Source of the DNA: Obrimoposthia wandeli
Lineage: Eukaryota
Direction: 5' to 3'
DNA length: 64,000 bases
Assembly (NCBI GenBank): GCA_977020255.1
Contig: CDROCS010002188.1
Coordinates: 124,001-188,000, forward strand
Of the stretch, positions 12,118 through 25,895 are shown one piece after another. The notes under the pieces are model-generated. The model ran no database searches. It had not been told where the DNA came from and saw only the letters and a list, made by a program, of their open reading frames with translations. The number at the start of each line of letters is the position of its first letter. Positions within the stretch are counted from its first letter, which is position 1. The translations under genes and the position numbers were made by a program.

Positions 12118-12240
12118 TTATCGCTTAAAATTCTGTGAACATTTTATTGCACATAATGAAGAAAATCTCAACTTTATTGATGACATTTGGTGAAGTGATG
12201 AAGCATTATTCACGCTCAGTGCATTTCTTAACCCCCAGAA
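12118..12240 (+). mobile_element. Tc1/mariner transposase fragment
   Basis: RLKFCEHFIAHNEENLNFIDDIW*SDEALFH matches the RL.FC...WSDEA.FH region around the first catalytic D. Confidence 0.55.
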
Positions 12241-12721
12241 CTCACAAGGTAAACATTTGAACTTTAACGCTGTGATTTCGATGAACATTGTTGAAGATGA
12301 AAATGTTGAGAGTAAATTTTCCATCGAGGCTTTTAAATACAGGGTCTCAAGAAATTTAGTTATTATTATAATGTTAAACCTTGTGCAGTTGAAAGGTGTA
12401 TACACGTCTCAGGACATGTATATATATTTTTCACTCCACACACATGCACGGTTTTAAAGGACAGTGGTAGCCCCCTGGGGGGAGGAGGGTGGATTAGACC
12501 GGAATTAGTTTGTTAAAAGATTAACAAGAAAAATGTAGGCCTGAATACGTTTTTCTTTACAGTACAGTATCAGTATTTTTGCATTGCTTTGTTTCATGTT
12601 AATAAGATGATATTATTTTCTTAGTTACTTCATTAATAAATTCATTTGTAATATTTTTAGTAATAAATTGTACGAAACGAGAGCGTGAATTTCACGAGGT
12701 GGAGTGAGGGGTCAAAAGATG

Positions 12722-12852
12722 CTTAAAGTCAGAATGTCTGGTTCATCCCACATCGCTAGTCATGCTTACCAAAAATGGCCCACTAGGCCTTCGTATTAAA
12801 TCGTGTGACTTCAATGAAGAAAGCCTCTCGTCGTATCGATTTAAACTTTGAT
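12722..12852 (-). pseudogene. 28S rRNA-derived fragment, copy 1
   Basis: The reverse complement reads CAAAGTTTAAATCGATACGA...GCCTAGTGGGCCATTTTTGGTAAGCATGACTAGCGATGTGGGATGAACC. This matches the conserved LSU core CAAACTTTAAATGGGTAAGA...CCTAGTGGGCCAYTTTTGGTAAGCAGAACTGGCGMTGCGGGATGAACC. Confidence 0.8.
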
Positions 12853-14149
12853 AATCATATGTGGATCTCACATCTTCTCACATCTTCTGAATCAGTACTT
12901 ATCATCAATCGCTTTATCAGATACTTCAGAGGGCATTGAACAAATGGATAAAAATGTCTGGGAATATTAGCAAATGAATATACATTTTTAATTCGGTGAA
13001 AGCCCTGCTTCTGACTCGTATTTTCTATAAGATATGTATCCACACAACTGAAAAAGTTACTTTATAGTTAAACTTGATCTAAACGAACGAATGAATGTAT
13101 CGACTTTATTTTGACATATGTGATCAGTGAAGACAACAGTATCGATTTTCATTGCTGTTTGTAGAGAATTCTCTACTAGAATAATTAATAAATACATTTT
13201 TTTCATTGATTGTGATGGATTTAATTGGATCTGTATGTATATCGGATAAGTGACATCAATGTTTTGTGACGTATTAATTCTTGACAAGCCATTTATTATT
13301 GTAGTTAAAATGTGGTTCTACTCAAGTTTGTTTTGGTTTGTAAAATCGTCAAAAATAATTAATTGAAAGTATCTTAAGTTCTTCAAATTATTCAGCAAAG
13401 CATATTATATAGGAAAAAATGTTTTTGAAGGATTAATTAATATTGAAGAAAAAATTCTATAGCCCTGAGAAATGAAAACTCAGTAACTATCAGAACAAGG
13501 AGCCAGTATATTAGAAGTTTACTGTGGACAGTTTTATAACATATTTCCAAAAGGGCTTAAATATTTTTCATTACACTGTAATCCACTTAAACGGGACATC
13601 GGTTAATCCAAGCTTCTTTATTAAGTTATTTCATAAAAAAAACGAGAACATTTATACTTTTATCATATTAAAATATAAACGTTTATTTGGAACATTAATT
13701 CGTTTAATTTGGGAAGTTTTACATTAAACATTTGATATTATAATATGGGATGAAAATTAAAATTTATTAAAAGTTGAGATAATAATGATGAGACCTTTCA
13801 TATTTTAATTAGAGTCACCATATATACTTTATATCACTTTGAGTCTTAATTTTGTTTATAGAATTAAAAAAAGATTTTACAGTATAGTCTCACACAAGGT
13901 ATTTTTTTAAATCAGAGCGTTTCAAAACATTAAAGGCAAGAAATTTTCTGGATATACTTATTTTCTGTTAAATAATAAAAAATAATACAATAAAATAAGA
14001 CTTAAAATGGTATTAAAAAGTTGTTTACATATATGAAGTTAATAAATATTACCTGACAAACTTTGAAATAAAATGTTTTTTAATGAAAAAGGTTCTGCAC
14101 CTTTCCAACTATTCAATATATTTGTAAAACTTACAAACATTTGTTCAGC

Positions 14150-14230
14150 ATTTTGTCACCAAATACAGAATATATCATTCAGTCATTAGACAAAAGGAAT
14201 CATTAAGAACCTCAAGGGATTCTATGGGCC
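14150..14230 (+). mobile_element. pogo/Tigger (DDE_1) transposase fragment
   Basis: TTGTCACCAAATACA...ATTCAGTCATTAGAC...GGAATCATTAAGAACCTCAAG resembles LPPNTT..IQPLDQGIIKNLK. Confidence 0.5.
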
Positions 14231-15529
14231 AGAGTTAATGGAGTTCACACCGAACCATCTCGAATATTTAGCAGTTCAAACTGTCAAAATTCAACACGAT
14301 GAAATGTATGCTTTGGCAGAGTTCTCAAATCAAGATATGTATGTATCAATCGATAACAACGAGAACTGACATGGCGAACAAACTGACAATAGCGATGATA
14401 TCATTGAAACGTTTAAGGACAGGAACCACGTTTTAATAAGAACTATGAAGAAGACAACTATCGATCATAAGACAGCAAAGATGTATGTTGAAACTCAGGA
14501 AACATTTATGATGCAAGAGGGATTCGACTTATTTTCTTGTTTTGACCTGCTTCCTGAGATAAATAAATAAATTTCAAGCATGAACACCAACTCACAGTAG
14601 ACTCTTTTCTGCTTCAGTTAATTTTTTTACATTTTCCTTTCTTTTCTCAATAGTGAACAAAACATATGCTTGTAAAATAACATAGTATGTATTACAGATA
14701 TGATAGGTTTCATAATAATCTGGTAATCTGGTTAATAGGGTAAAATTTCATTTTACAAACCTGTCCTAATTACGCGGATTCCAACATAGAATTTTAAAAT
14801 ATCTTATACAATCAGATAATCGAATGATTTTATATTCGTGTTGTAATTATGTTTGAAATAATATTTTAAATATCATTCTTCCAAACTTTTGTCAAACCAC
14901 TGTTTTGTTTCACAGTAATTTCACGGTAAATTCCCGATTTAATTATACTCATATTATTGTTGACAATGTGTATCCAATGTACATATATCTTGAAAAAAAT
15001 GCAAAGTTATAGAAAATTCCTGTTCTGAAAAGTGTGTGTCTGTAATATATTGATCTTTACAATCAGAAAGAAATTGAACTTGTGAAGGGGTTTAATGAGA
15101 CAAATAATTTCTGTTAAAATAGGTTTCTGTAAAGGTGAGGGAAAGTTCACTTTGACTCTAATAGAAACTATTTCAAAACTCATTTTCATAAAATGAAATC
15201 AAGCGTCAAATATTACAGTTAACATTTTCTTTCGGGGAATATTATTGAAAACATATTATGTTTTAAAGTTTTTTGTTCTGCATTTATTTACTGATATTTA
15301 ACTTAAATTTATTTAATACTTTTATATTAAATTAAAAAGAAATAAATGATAATTTTCTACTTTTCGAATTAGAAACTAATAATTTGAATAAAAGTCCTTA
15401 AGCGGTTTCAAAGTGCCATAAAATGTTAATGTTTTTTAAAGTACAATAACTGAAGTTTCTATATTAAGAAATAAATACATTTTTACATAGTTTTAATCAA
15501 TCCAGCTTCTTGTTCAAAAAATGTAAAAA

Positions 15530-16200
15530 TCGCTCCCATGACAAAAATTGAATGCGTAACAGTGGCCCAGAAACAGTGGAAAAATAAATGGGATCAACAT
15601 CATCAACATACAATACATTCAATACAATCGTTCATTGTCTGAAGTCTATGTAATGAGAATTAAGGAAGATTTGGAACGTAATCCTAAGTTATCAATCATG
15701 GAGGCTTCTAATATCCTCTAATTTTCTTACAAGACTCTTAAATGCGCAATTAGAATGAAAACATATCAAACAACTAGAGTTCATAAACATTTTTCATTGA
15801 GCCCATAATTCAGTTTGGTTTAAGAAAAAGCCACGTCTACAGGAAAACTTTGTTTTTCAGATAAACACTCACAACAGCGGGATTTGGGAATATGAATCCC
15901 TCCTGAAGTTGGAAGGGTTATCGCTATGGGCTGGCATGCTTGAAGACTGTATCACGGTCTATTCTTCTTTGATGTAACTGGGAACAAGGAAAGATATCTA
16001 AATATGTCTATCGAATATTTTGACCCAATACTTCAGAGAAAGAAAGAACGTTTTACAACTTATTTGAAGGGCTTGATTTTTAAATGAAATATTATCTGAA
16101 CGTAGGATCGGGTGAGGGGATGCAATGTACTGGCCAGCAAGAACCCCAAATTTAACACATATTTTTTCTATGCACCATATGTATTTATTGTGTACAAAAA
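15530..16200 (+). mobile_element. Tc1/mariner transposase relic
   Basis: Scattered motifs: RNPKLS (~15680), an LWAG-like motif (~15925), and WPARTPNLT (~16130, from WPARSPDLT). Confidence 0.55.
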
Positions 16201-16661
16201 TCGTCCAGGACTGAAGGATAATTATGGTAAAAGACTATTGAAACAATGAGTTTTATTACTCAAAAAACATTTAAAAAAATTGTAAAATGACCTTTTCAAC
16301 ACGTTTTTTAATATTTGAAGTTTGTGATAAAATTAAACTTATTTCATTGATTTTAATTTAATATTTATTGAGTTATAGTTAAAGTCCTCAAAGATGTTTG
16401 GTTGAATCTTTATTATAGTTCTGCTACATATATAATTTTGAAGTGTGACTACAAATGTTACTAGATTGGTTCTATTTTGCTATTCTGGATTCCATAGTTT
16501 AGAGTTGATGTTTAGGATGTTAAAAATGAACAAAATGTGGTTACAAGTTGATGCAATTAAAGCTATATGAAACATTACAGCTCATAATGGGTAACGATAA
16601 AATTGTCATAAAATAAATTGACAATTTAAATTGATATATTTAAAATTATTTATCTGATCAG

Positions 16662-16761
16662 GAAAATCAGAAAGCTTTGCGGATCCTTTTGGTGACCTTC
16701 AATTCCAGTCTGGCCATCTGGCTATGGCCTTTTATCAGGGATTCTGGGCCTACTCAGGATG
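16662..16761 (+). CDS. SLC7/LAT-like coding exon 3
   Basis: Acceptor GATCAG|; (G)KSESFADPFGDLQFQSGHLAMAFYQGFWAYSG(W); donor TG|GTGAGT; 100 nt, phase 1 to 2. Confidence 0.95.
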
Positions 16762-17863
16762 GTGAGTGAACTTTTCTTCATCCCATGTCGAGCTTCCAAA
16801 ACACCTTTTAGGGTATGGAGCTTCTATAAGAACTCCTAAAAGTATATAACATACAAAAAACATTTCAGGACATTTTTTCTTCCAAAATTACAGTAGAACG
16901 TCGCTAAAATAGGATCCCTCTTGGGACAGTAGTGAAACGTGTCTGTCGAGTGATCGAAGGCAACGCAAAATTAAATAAGATACAGAGTAAGTCAAGCTGG
17001 GCGTATGCGATCACATAATTTGTAAAGAATGCTCTGCTTCTAATGACTAAAAGTGATGATAAATGCATCCTGAATGCAACAAAGAGACTCTCGAAATCAT
17101 TAAAAAGACAAAGTTCACATCCAATTATAGGTATACTGGACGTTCAATTCATTCATTGCCTATTTCTCGTTTCCAGTTATTACAGAGGGGTTGTTGGATA
17201 ATGACATTGTCGTCTACAGCCAACAATACATACCGGTATTTGTTTTGCTACTTGTTGCCTCTCAAGGCACACACACAAGATTATATCAATTAAAATGTTC
17301 TCATTCCAACTTTAATCAACCAATTAACATTTTGAATTATTTAAATCTCAGAACCGACCTTTATAACGAATAAACATACTGACATCAAATTTTACGCCAT
17401 AGCAACGTACCTTTATAGCGGTGCTTTACTATATCAATATATTTGTTACATCATTAAATTTGAACATTTGATGTGAACAATGGTTTTATTTCTCGTTATC
17501 AAATATTTTTTAATATTTGGCTTATTCTTTGAGAGTAGTATATTCACCAGCATCGGTATCATCAGGGTTTTTCAGTATTTATGATAGTGTTGTATGAAAA
17601 TCCAGTCTCACATAAGTGTTTAATGTGTACGCTATTTGTTTGTAATACCAGAATAATAGTGATTCCAATAGATCCAAAAGTTGATTGGTGATTCATTATC
17701 ATATCTTTGCTTCAGTGTGAAGTCTGAATAATGTTGATAGTTTTTTTCAGTGTAACTTGAGATAATCATTGATCATTCTTGTCTTCCAGAAAGTCCTTTA
17801 CAAAGTGTTGATTACAAAGTCCTTTACAAATTGTTCTCTAATAAGATTTTGGCAGCCCATCAG

Positions 17864-18347
17864 CAATTCCAATGAGGTCATCATGCCAGACTGATTCTGA
17901 TGAGGTCATCATGCCAGACTGATTCCAATGAGGTCATCATGCCAGACTGATTCTGATGAGGTCATCTTGCCAGACTGATTCTGATGAGGTCATCTTGCCA
18001 GACTGATTCTGATGAGGTCATCATGCTAGACTGATTCTGATGAGGTCATCATGCCAGACTGATTCCAATGAGGTCATCATGCCAGACTGATTCTGATGAG
18101 GTCATCATGCCAGACTGATTCTAATGAGGTCATCATGCCAGACTGATTCCAATGAGGTCATCATGCCAGACTGATTCTAATGAGGTCATCATGCCAGACT
18201 GATTCCAATGAGGTCATCATGCCAGACTGATTCTAATGAGGTCATCATGCCAGACTGATTCTGATGAGGTCATCATGCCAGACTGATTCTAATGAGGTCA
18301 TCATGCCAGACTGATTCTAATGAGGTCATCATGCCAGACTTATTCTA
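17864..18347. repeat. 28-bp minisatellite, 17 copies
   Basis: Unit ATGAGGTCATCATGCCAGACTGATTC(TG/CA/TA) starts every 28 nt from 17872 to 18320. Confidence 0.97.
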
Positions 18348-18714
18348 GTGTAGCATTTACAGTTAACATTCGAGCCAAGTTTGAACTATAAGATAAAATG
18401 ATAAAATGATACATTAGATCAATTTCACATCATTTTAAACCTGAAATAAGCCTTTTTAATACTCCTTAGCGTTTTAAAGATCAGGAAATTTAAATTTTAC
18501 TATAAAATTTTATAAATTTGGCGAACAATAAATGTGGCTAATATATTTGACCTTATTCCATCGTTTCAACAAATAATTTGCTGAAATTTCTCATGGACAA
18601 ATACTGATAGCTTCTCTTCAAATCGTTAGTTAGATTTAGAGTTTAGGCTTATATTTTAGAACTGTTTATTTTCATATTTAGAATCGATATACCAACATAG
18701 ATGCATCGAAACCA

Positions 18715-18990
18715 AACATTCGAATTAGTTTGTTAAATTGTTTCATACGAAATGTTTCTACAACTGAAACACAAACGAAAATGAATTCTGTTCATGGCGA
18801 TGAAGCTATAAGTCGGCGAAGGGGTCAATGGTGGTTTTCCTGGTTTACTACCGGTGATTTTAATTTGAAGGACAAGGAAGAACGAATCAGTAAATCAGAT
18901 GAACAAATTGAATGAGTTCTTACTGAAAATCAGCAGTTCAAATAGAGATTGGAAAGCGTTTTTTGCCAATCGATGGGTGCCTCACAAGTG
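18715..18990 (+). mobile_element. mariner transposase N-terminal relic
   Basis: NSVHGDEAISRRRGQWWFSWFTTGDFNLKDKE (mariner HTH: G...S.R..Q.WF..F..G.F.L.D) and RWVPH at ~18972. Confidence 0.7.
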
Positions 18991-19399
18991 AGTGAATTTA
19001 ACGAGATGACAAGAATGATAATATGGGGGTACCTGTGGAAAGATAGCGCCGACAAATTTGTTTGAACCAACATAAAACGGTTAAAGAAATATGGCTCAAG
19101 GTCATGTTCAAAGTCGGTCAGAGAGGAAATGGAGACTCGCTCGTCATGGTACCCAAAGAAACTCAATGGCAAAAAGAAAGAAAATAGCAACAATATTTTG
19201 CTGTGTTCTAGGCTGCTTTACAATAACAGCAGAAAAATACTGTGAATAATTAGGAAGGCTTAAAGTAGCGGTTAGAGCCACACACAATTTGCATCTTCTT
19301 CACAATGACACTGCTCACAGCACAGTTTAAAGCTGAATTAACTAAGTCTGAATGTTCTCTCGCAACCTCTTCTGCCAGTTTACTTGATTGACTTTCAAT

Positions 19400-19560
19400 C
19401 GAACGGCCTGCTAATCTTGTTTGTATTGTTGTAAAGTATTGATGAAATATTTCTCCATGTTCCTCATTTACATCTAGCAAAATAATAATCGTTTGTATGA
19501 TTTTGAGTCTTCCCAAATTTTTGAAAAACCGAATAGCACATGACCATTTTCTTCATGTAA
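19400..19560 (-). mobile_element. possible FLYWCH/MULE-type fragment
   Basis: RKWSCAIRFFKNLGRLKII...VNEEHG loosely resembles the FLYWCH pattern W.C......C.GRL......EH.H. Confidence 0.25.
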
Positions 19561-19925
19561 CCAAAATTGTTACAATTGAGGTGCATGAAGACATATAACT
19601 AGTGGAAACAAAGCAATAAAGAAATTTTATAGGTACATTCGATTTTGCTTTTTCATTAGGTTTGTAATTGTAAGGTAATCCTTGTTAATTTAATAAATTG
19701 TTTTAACTTAAGTGGACATTCTTGAGCCATTTTCACACAACTAAATGAAAATATTTTAAATCATGATAATGGCAAACGTTCCCGTCACGTTGCTTCATTT
19801 TTTATAACCCCATAGTTGTCTTTAATGACTTGGAAATTCTTTGTGTGAATTGTGTGTGGTTTGTTTCGTAACGGTATTGAACATTAAACCTTCTTCACTT
19901 GCTACATTGAATATCGTATATTTGG

Positions 19926-20400
19926 AAGATAAGATAAGATAAGATAAGATAAGATAAGAAAACTATATTCATAGTAAACACATGCAGGGAATTAAATTCC
20001 CTATGGAAATACACCGTAAGGTGTCTTCTACTTCATGTAGGACCGATGAATCTCCAGGGGAGATTGTTTGTGCAACACTGCTTGGTGGTTTCCCAGGTTA
20101 TGACTGCATTTTTTCCAGAGTTTTGGAAAAGTAAATATTATAGTTTTTTGTATTTCAATTTCTTCCAAAAAGAATTGGTAAGACATTTTAAATGGGTAAT
20201 TTATTTTCACAATGCATACATCCACTTTTCAATTCTCTCCAACTTGTCGGCAGTCAGAGCATCTACTCGATTAAGTATTGTATCCACAGTTTCTGAAACT
20301 CCACGTAGTCTAAAGCAATTCCACTGGGCACAAGTATGTTCTATGACGTTACTTGATATTGGTATTTTAATTTTCTTCCTTTATGCAGTTGAATATTTGT
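19926..20400 (-). mobile_element. LINE relic with (TCTTA)6 tail and 3' hairpin
   Basis: (AAGAT)x6 at 19926-19955 is a (TCTTA)n tail on the minus strand. It is preceded on that strand by the stem-loop GGGAATT-A-AATTCCC (19987-20001) and by an endonuclease-like AQWNCFRLRG further upstream. Confidence 0.45.
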
Positions 20401-21490
20401 AAACCTGGGAAAGTTGGTTGTTGTCGGTATTCCAGAACCCGAGGGTTCCTACTCTAATGACATAGAGTTCTAACATTTTGTCACTATTGTCTTTCCGCGT
20501 TGTCTTGACTAGATTCTAATATTTGTCTCTTGATTTGCTGTGACTATTTTTTTGACTCAATGTATACACGTTGTTTTACCTTGTTACATCGATAATAACG
20601 TTTATTTCCAAATTGTAACCTGATTTACTATTGCAGCAACATCATCTTTTTGTTCTGGAAAGTTTGCTCTCGTATCCAATGTTGGAATATTTTCTTTCTT
20701 CTTTAAATTTTACTTAAGTTATCTGTGAACTGTGTTTCATCATCCTCACTATTTGACGAATATTCTGAAACGATATATTTATCCATAAACCTAAAATATT
20801 AAATATCAAACTATTGTTAATAAAATACTCACTTAACTAACAAAAATGCAATATATATTTACAGCTTTATTAAAACTACTAACCTGTTAAATAATACCCT
20901 TTTAATAAAAAATTATAATATTTTCAAAGGAAACAAAGTTTGAGATTATAGTTTGACAACGCATTGAAACGAAGTCAAATTTACACATATTGAGAAATTA
21001 ATGAATTAATTATGCGCTTGCTTGCATTATCTTTCTAAAAAATCCCACACAACTTTAATCATAATCAATTCTCAGTTAAATGTCTGTCTTGACTTCTTCA
21101 CATTTCCATTTTCGGGGTAGTAATCTGACTTGCGAAGGAGATCCCCCTCTACCTGGCTGAACCAACAAAGTACATCAGACGTAGTATTGTTGATTGGGTA
21201 GTCTTCCTAGAGCGTCTAATCACCTCATTCCCGGGTCATCTTTCTGAACCGAGATGCAGTGGAAATGCTGCCCAGAAAGGCATTATCACTGATATGGTGC
21301 ATTTCTATCAAGATACAGAAGTTAACACTACAACCACTTCATTTTCTGAAATAGCCGTCAGAAGAAAGATTCTACATATTCACTAGCTCGCACATAATTG
21401 GGTCTATAGTCTATAACAAGTACCACCGCATCTGTTAAGGATACTTCTACAAAATTTCATTTTTTATACTTTGAAACCCTTCTTCCATAT

Positions 21491-21510
21491 CAGGGGTTCT
21501 CACCCTTTTT
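21491..21510 (+). mobile_element. hAT left terminal inverted repeat (isolated)
   Basis: CAGGGGTTCTCACCCTTTTT is a typical Charlie-type hAT end, nearly identical to the reverse complement of the end at 39589-39607. Confidence 0.55.
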
Positions 21511-24122
21511 TCTCTCAATGCACCCTATGTAATTCCATTTTCTAAGATTGCTTCTGAGTATGCCTATATTATTGAACATTTTTATTCGTTGTAATCATCT
21601 GCTGCTTCCCATAACTATATAAAATGCCAGAATTTAGTCATTTATGTTATTAAGTCACAAAACTATATATATAAGCACTAGAAATAGTAAAAAGGACATA
21701 CATTTTTTTTTGCCAATTTTTGTTTGTTTGAAAGAAAATACTGTTGTTTTAATGTTTTTTTTGTTTACATGTTAATTGTTTTTATTGTTGTAATATGGTC
21801 CGTTTGTATATATTTTTTGAATCTAAATTTGTTATTATTCTTTTGTTTATATTGTTCTGATTTTTTCCGATTTCTTTTATAGTAGGTCTTTTTTCTCATA
21901 CCAACACCCTGTTAAATTTTTCTTAGCAGTGGGGTTTCACTTATTTGAGCGTTCTACCCAGTGAAAATTTTTTTGGTGAAGGAGTTTAGCTTTTTTGATT
22001 AAGCTACCAGTTTTTGGTTTCCACCTTTGGTTACCAAAGGCTCATGTTGAACATATATACAATAATTATGATAGAAACGATCTTGTTTTCTCTATTTTTC
22101 TCTATTTTAAAGAAAATCCGGGTTGAAAATGATTTGTACAGGTTTTCAATAATGTTTGATTTGCACTTTTCAGTTCTTCAATGTTGTAGTAAGCGGCGCT
22201 ATTGTTTTAAATTGGTTTGACAAGTATCCTGCAGATGTTTTACTCTTATGGAATGACGCGTAATCTTGTTCAAATATCATATGATAGATGTCTGTATATT
22301 TGTAGAAATTAAATTACCACGAACAAATACAATACTCCGATAGTCATCCACAGACCAGACTACAGTTTGAAAATGTATCAGTATAAATTACTGTTCTTTC
22401 TTTCCTAAAATCGTACCAATAGTATTTCACTGCATCATTTAGACGGATTCCAGTAAAATTCCCTTGTGAAATAACATATTTAGCAATTTATATCGCTGAT
22501 TTTGGGATGTTATATGAGTTGTAGACTTTTTCCTATATTTTTACTTTGCATAACTTTTCAAACCATCTTCATAGTGTTCTATAGCAACTTGTCTGAAACT
22601 TTTGTTTATGCGAAATATCATTGATTATAGTTTTTTTATCTCCAGCATCTAATTTATTCTTTCAATCGGTATAGCAAAATATCTTTACAAATTGCGAAGG
22701 ACTTTTTAAATATCTAGATACAGTCAAATGAGACCTAAGCACCATTTTGACTATATTGAATGTATTTAATTCCTCTCTAGTATATCGAGTAATATTATCT
22801 TTTTTCATCATTTAAATATGTTCCGTACGGCATATCTACATCCAGTTTCTTTGAAACAACTAGAATGATTTATAAAATGCAAAAAATTTCTGACTCCTTC
22901 AACAACCAAAATTATTATAAACTGTTTTTAAAAAATGAAATTTATAAAAATTAATATTTTTATTAAGTATTTTCCTAGTATTTATTTTTATAAAGTTTTT
23001 GGACACACTTTTGACCATATACATTTAATAGATTATTTTTATGCAAAGTTTTACAAATTTAATTGTAACAGAAAATATTAGAACGATTTTGAACTTGAAT
23101 ACATTTACAAATTTAAAATATTCATACTAATTACTTAACATAGAAAACTAAAAAATATTTCAATAAATAAATAAAATTGACAATGTTTTGAAATAAATTT
23201 TATTCTAATGACGATTACGGGATTTTAACTGCTTTGGAAAACCGGAAACACTGGAAAAATTATTAGATATTAGCGTTAAATAATATGTATTATTGTTTAT
23301 TGAAGTCGACATTTTTAAATTTGTATTTCTGAAAAATTCTTTGTGTAGAAGAAAAAGAATTCTCTATCTAGCTCTCTTCAGTATCTCTTAAAAACAGCAA
23401 TTCGAGGACAATGTACTTTAAACATGTCCTTACAAATAGATAAATGCACCGTGGAATCAGCTACGACGATGCCAACTGGGTTTGGATTGTGACATTTAAC
23501 AATTTTGACACTGTGATTTAAATCAGTAAAGTTTTTGAAATCTGCTTAACGATGAGACAGAATTATCCTGGTTTGCAGTTTAGAAAAGTTATCATCGACC
23601 TTGAGAAACGATATACACAAACAAATACGGACTTTTAGCTCCAATTTAAAGCGCTAAATAACGACGTAACATAATTTACTACTTTTATTTGTAAGTAATA
23701 CATTTATGTTTTTATTTTAATTGTTGGGGTTTCTATACGAGACTTGTATAGATCCTCTTATGTGCGGAGGGCCCCAACGTGAGTTCGAATAGAAGCAGGT
23801 CTTAAAGTTGGTCGTGGCCTACTTAGTGTTATGGTTGCCTATCTCTCTTGCTTATCTGAAGGTGTTTGGTTTGACGTCTCTTAATCTGAAGGGTTTAAAA
23901 CCAACGTGTTCTAATGTAGGAAATCGTTTATTGGTAACTCACGAAACTAAAACACAACAATACGTTTACGTACGTATTTTCTAAAAAGTATGGTAAAAAT
24001 TCCTAAGACTTCTGTAAGTCTCTACACAAGTGGGGATGAACCACGTATCGATTTTAATTTAGGTTTGCTTGGCTTTAGAGTCCTTATTCTAAAAATGCGG
24101 CCAATTTAGCTTATAGATTCTT

Positions 24123-24247
24123 ACAGAGCTGTTGCTCTAAAATGGGGAATAAGTTACAGAGCTGTTGCTCTAAAATGGGGAATAAGTTCACAGAGCTGTT
24201 GCTCTAAAATGGGGAATAAGTTACAGAGCTGTTACTCTAAAATGGGG
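24123..24247. repeat. 33-bp tandem repeat, ~3.7 copies
   Basis: Unit ACAGAGCTGTTGCTCTAAAATGGGGAATAAGTT at 24123, 24156, 24190 and 24223. Confidence 0.95.
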
Positions 24248-24484
24248 TTACTTTTAGCTTCTTTAGTTTGGGGTAGAGTAATCACTCTAAAATATGGGCG
24301 AGTAAATACGGCAATTCAAATTGTAAATTTTACAACGATACTTTAGTCAATCGGTTCACTAATGACGATTTTGATTTTACTTTATACGAAAACAATTTAT
24401 CTAAACAATTCTTTCCTTTCGGCGTACAATTTACTTTCTTTTTATGTATTTATCAAAACAATAACTTCTTTACGTATTTAGCTA

Positions 24485-25895
24485 ATACTAATTCAAATTC
24501 TTTTTATTTATTTATCAACAATAATTCAATCCTTTCTACTGCTTTATCAATAATAATTCAATTCTTTTTTAATTATTTATCAACAATAATTCAATCCTTT
24601 TTACTTATTTATCGACAATAATTCAATTCTTTATTACTGCTTTAATCAAGAATAATTCAATTCTTTTTATTTATTTATCAACAATAATTCAATCCTTTTA
24701 ACTGCTTTATCAATAATAATTCAATTCTTTTTATTTATTTATCACAATAATTCAATTCTTTTTACTGCTTTAATCAATAATAATTCAATTCTTTTTGTTA
24801 TTTATCAACAATAATTCAATTCTTTTTTTATGCTGCTTTAAACAAGAATAATTCTATTTTTTTTAATTATTCAACAATAATTCAAATCTTTTTTACTGTT
24901 TTAATCAATACTAATTCAATTCTTTTTTATTTATTCAACAATAATTCAATTCTTTTTTACTGCTTTAATCAATACTAATTCAATTCTTTTTTATTTATTC
25001 AACAATAATTCAATTCTTTTACTGCTTTAGCAATATATTTAATTCTTTTTATTTATTCAACAACAATAATTCAATTCTTTTTTACTGCTTTAATCAATAC
25101 TAATTCAATTCTTTTTATTTATTCAACAATAATTCTAATTCTTTTTGCTACTTTAACCAATACTAATAATTCAATTCTTTTATTTATTCAACAATAATTC
25201 AATTCTTTTTACTGCTTTAATCAATATTAATTCAATTCTTTTATTTATTCAACAATAATTCAATTCTTTTTTAGTGCTTTAATCAATACTAATTCAATTC
25301 TTTTTATTTATTCAACAATAATTCAATTCTTTTAGTGCTTTAATCAATACTAATTCAATTCTTTTTATTTATTCAACAATAATTCAATTCTTTTTTAGTG
25401 CTTTAGTAATACTAATTCAATTCTTTTTATTTATTCAACAATAATTCAATTCTTTTAGTGCTTTAATCAATACTAATTCAATTCTTTTTTATTTATTCAA
25501 CAATAATTCAATTCTTTTTTACTGCTTTAATCAATATTAATTCAATTCTTTTATTTATTCAACAATAATTCAATTCTTTTTTACTGCTTTAATCAATACT
25601 AATTCAATTCTTTTTATTTATTCAATAATTCAATTCTTGCATTCAATTCTTTTATTTTATTCAACAATAATTCAATTCTTTTTTACTGCTTTAATCAATA
25701 CTAATTCAATTCTTTTTATTTATTCAACAATAATTCAATTCTTTTTTAGTGCTTTAATCAATACTAATTCAATTCTTTTATTTATTCAACAATAGTTCAA
25801 TCTTTTTAGTGCTTTAATCAATACTAATTCAATTCTTTTTATTTATTCAACAATAATTCAATTCTTTTTTACCAACTTTAATCAATGATAATTCA
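24485..25895. repeat. AT-rich satellite of ~30-bp monomers in alternating ~60-bp dimers (~45 monomers)
   Basis: The core AATTCAATTCTTTTT recurs every 28-33 nt, alternately followed by ACTGCTTTAATCAATACT or ATTTATTCAACAAT. Confidence 0.95.

Noticed and set aside
16549-16557. Perfect ATF4/C-EBP amino-acid response element TGATGCAAT upstream of exon 3
   Set aside because: Roughly one chance occurrence is expected in 64 kb at this base composition (rough estimate), and there is no supporting context.
17864-18347. CRISPR array or hammerhead ribozyme array (CTGATGAG in several units)
   Set aside because: There are no unique spacers, no cas genes and the context is eukaryotic. The GAAA half of the hammerhead core is absent.
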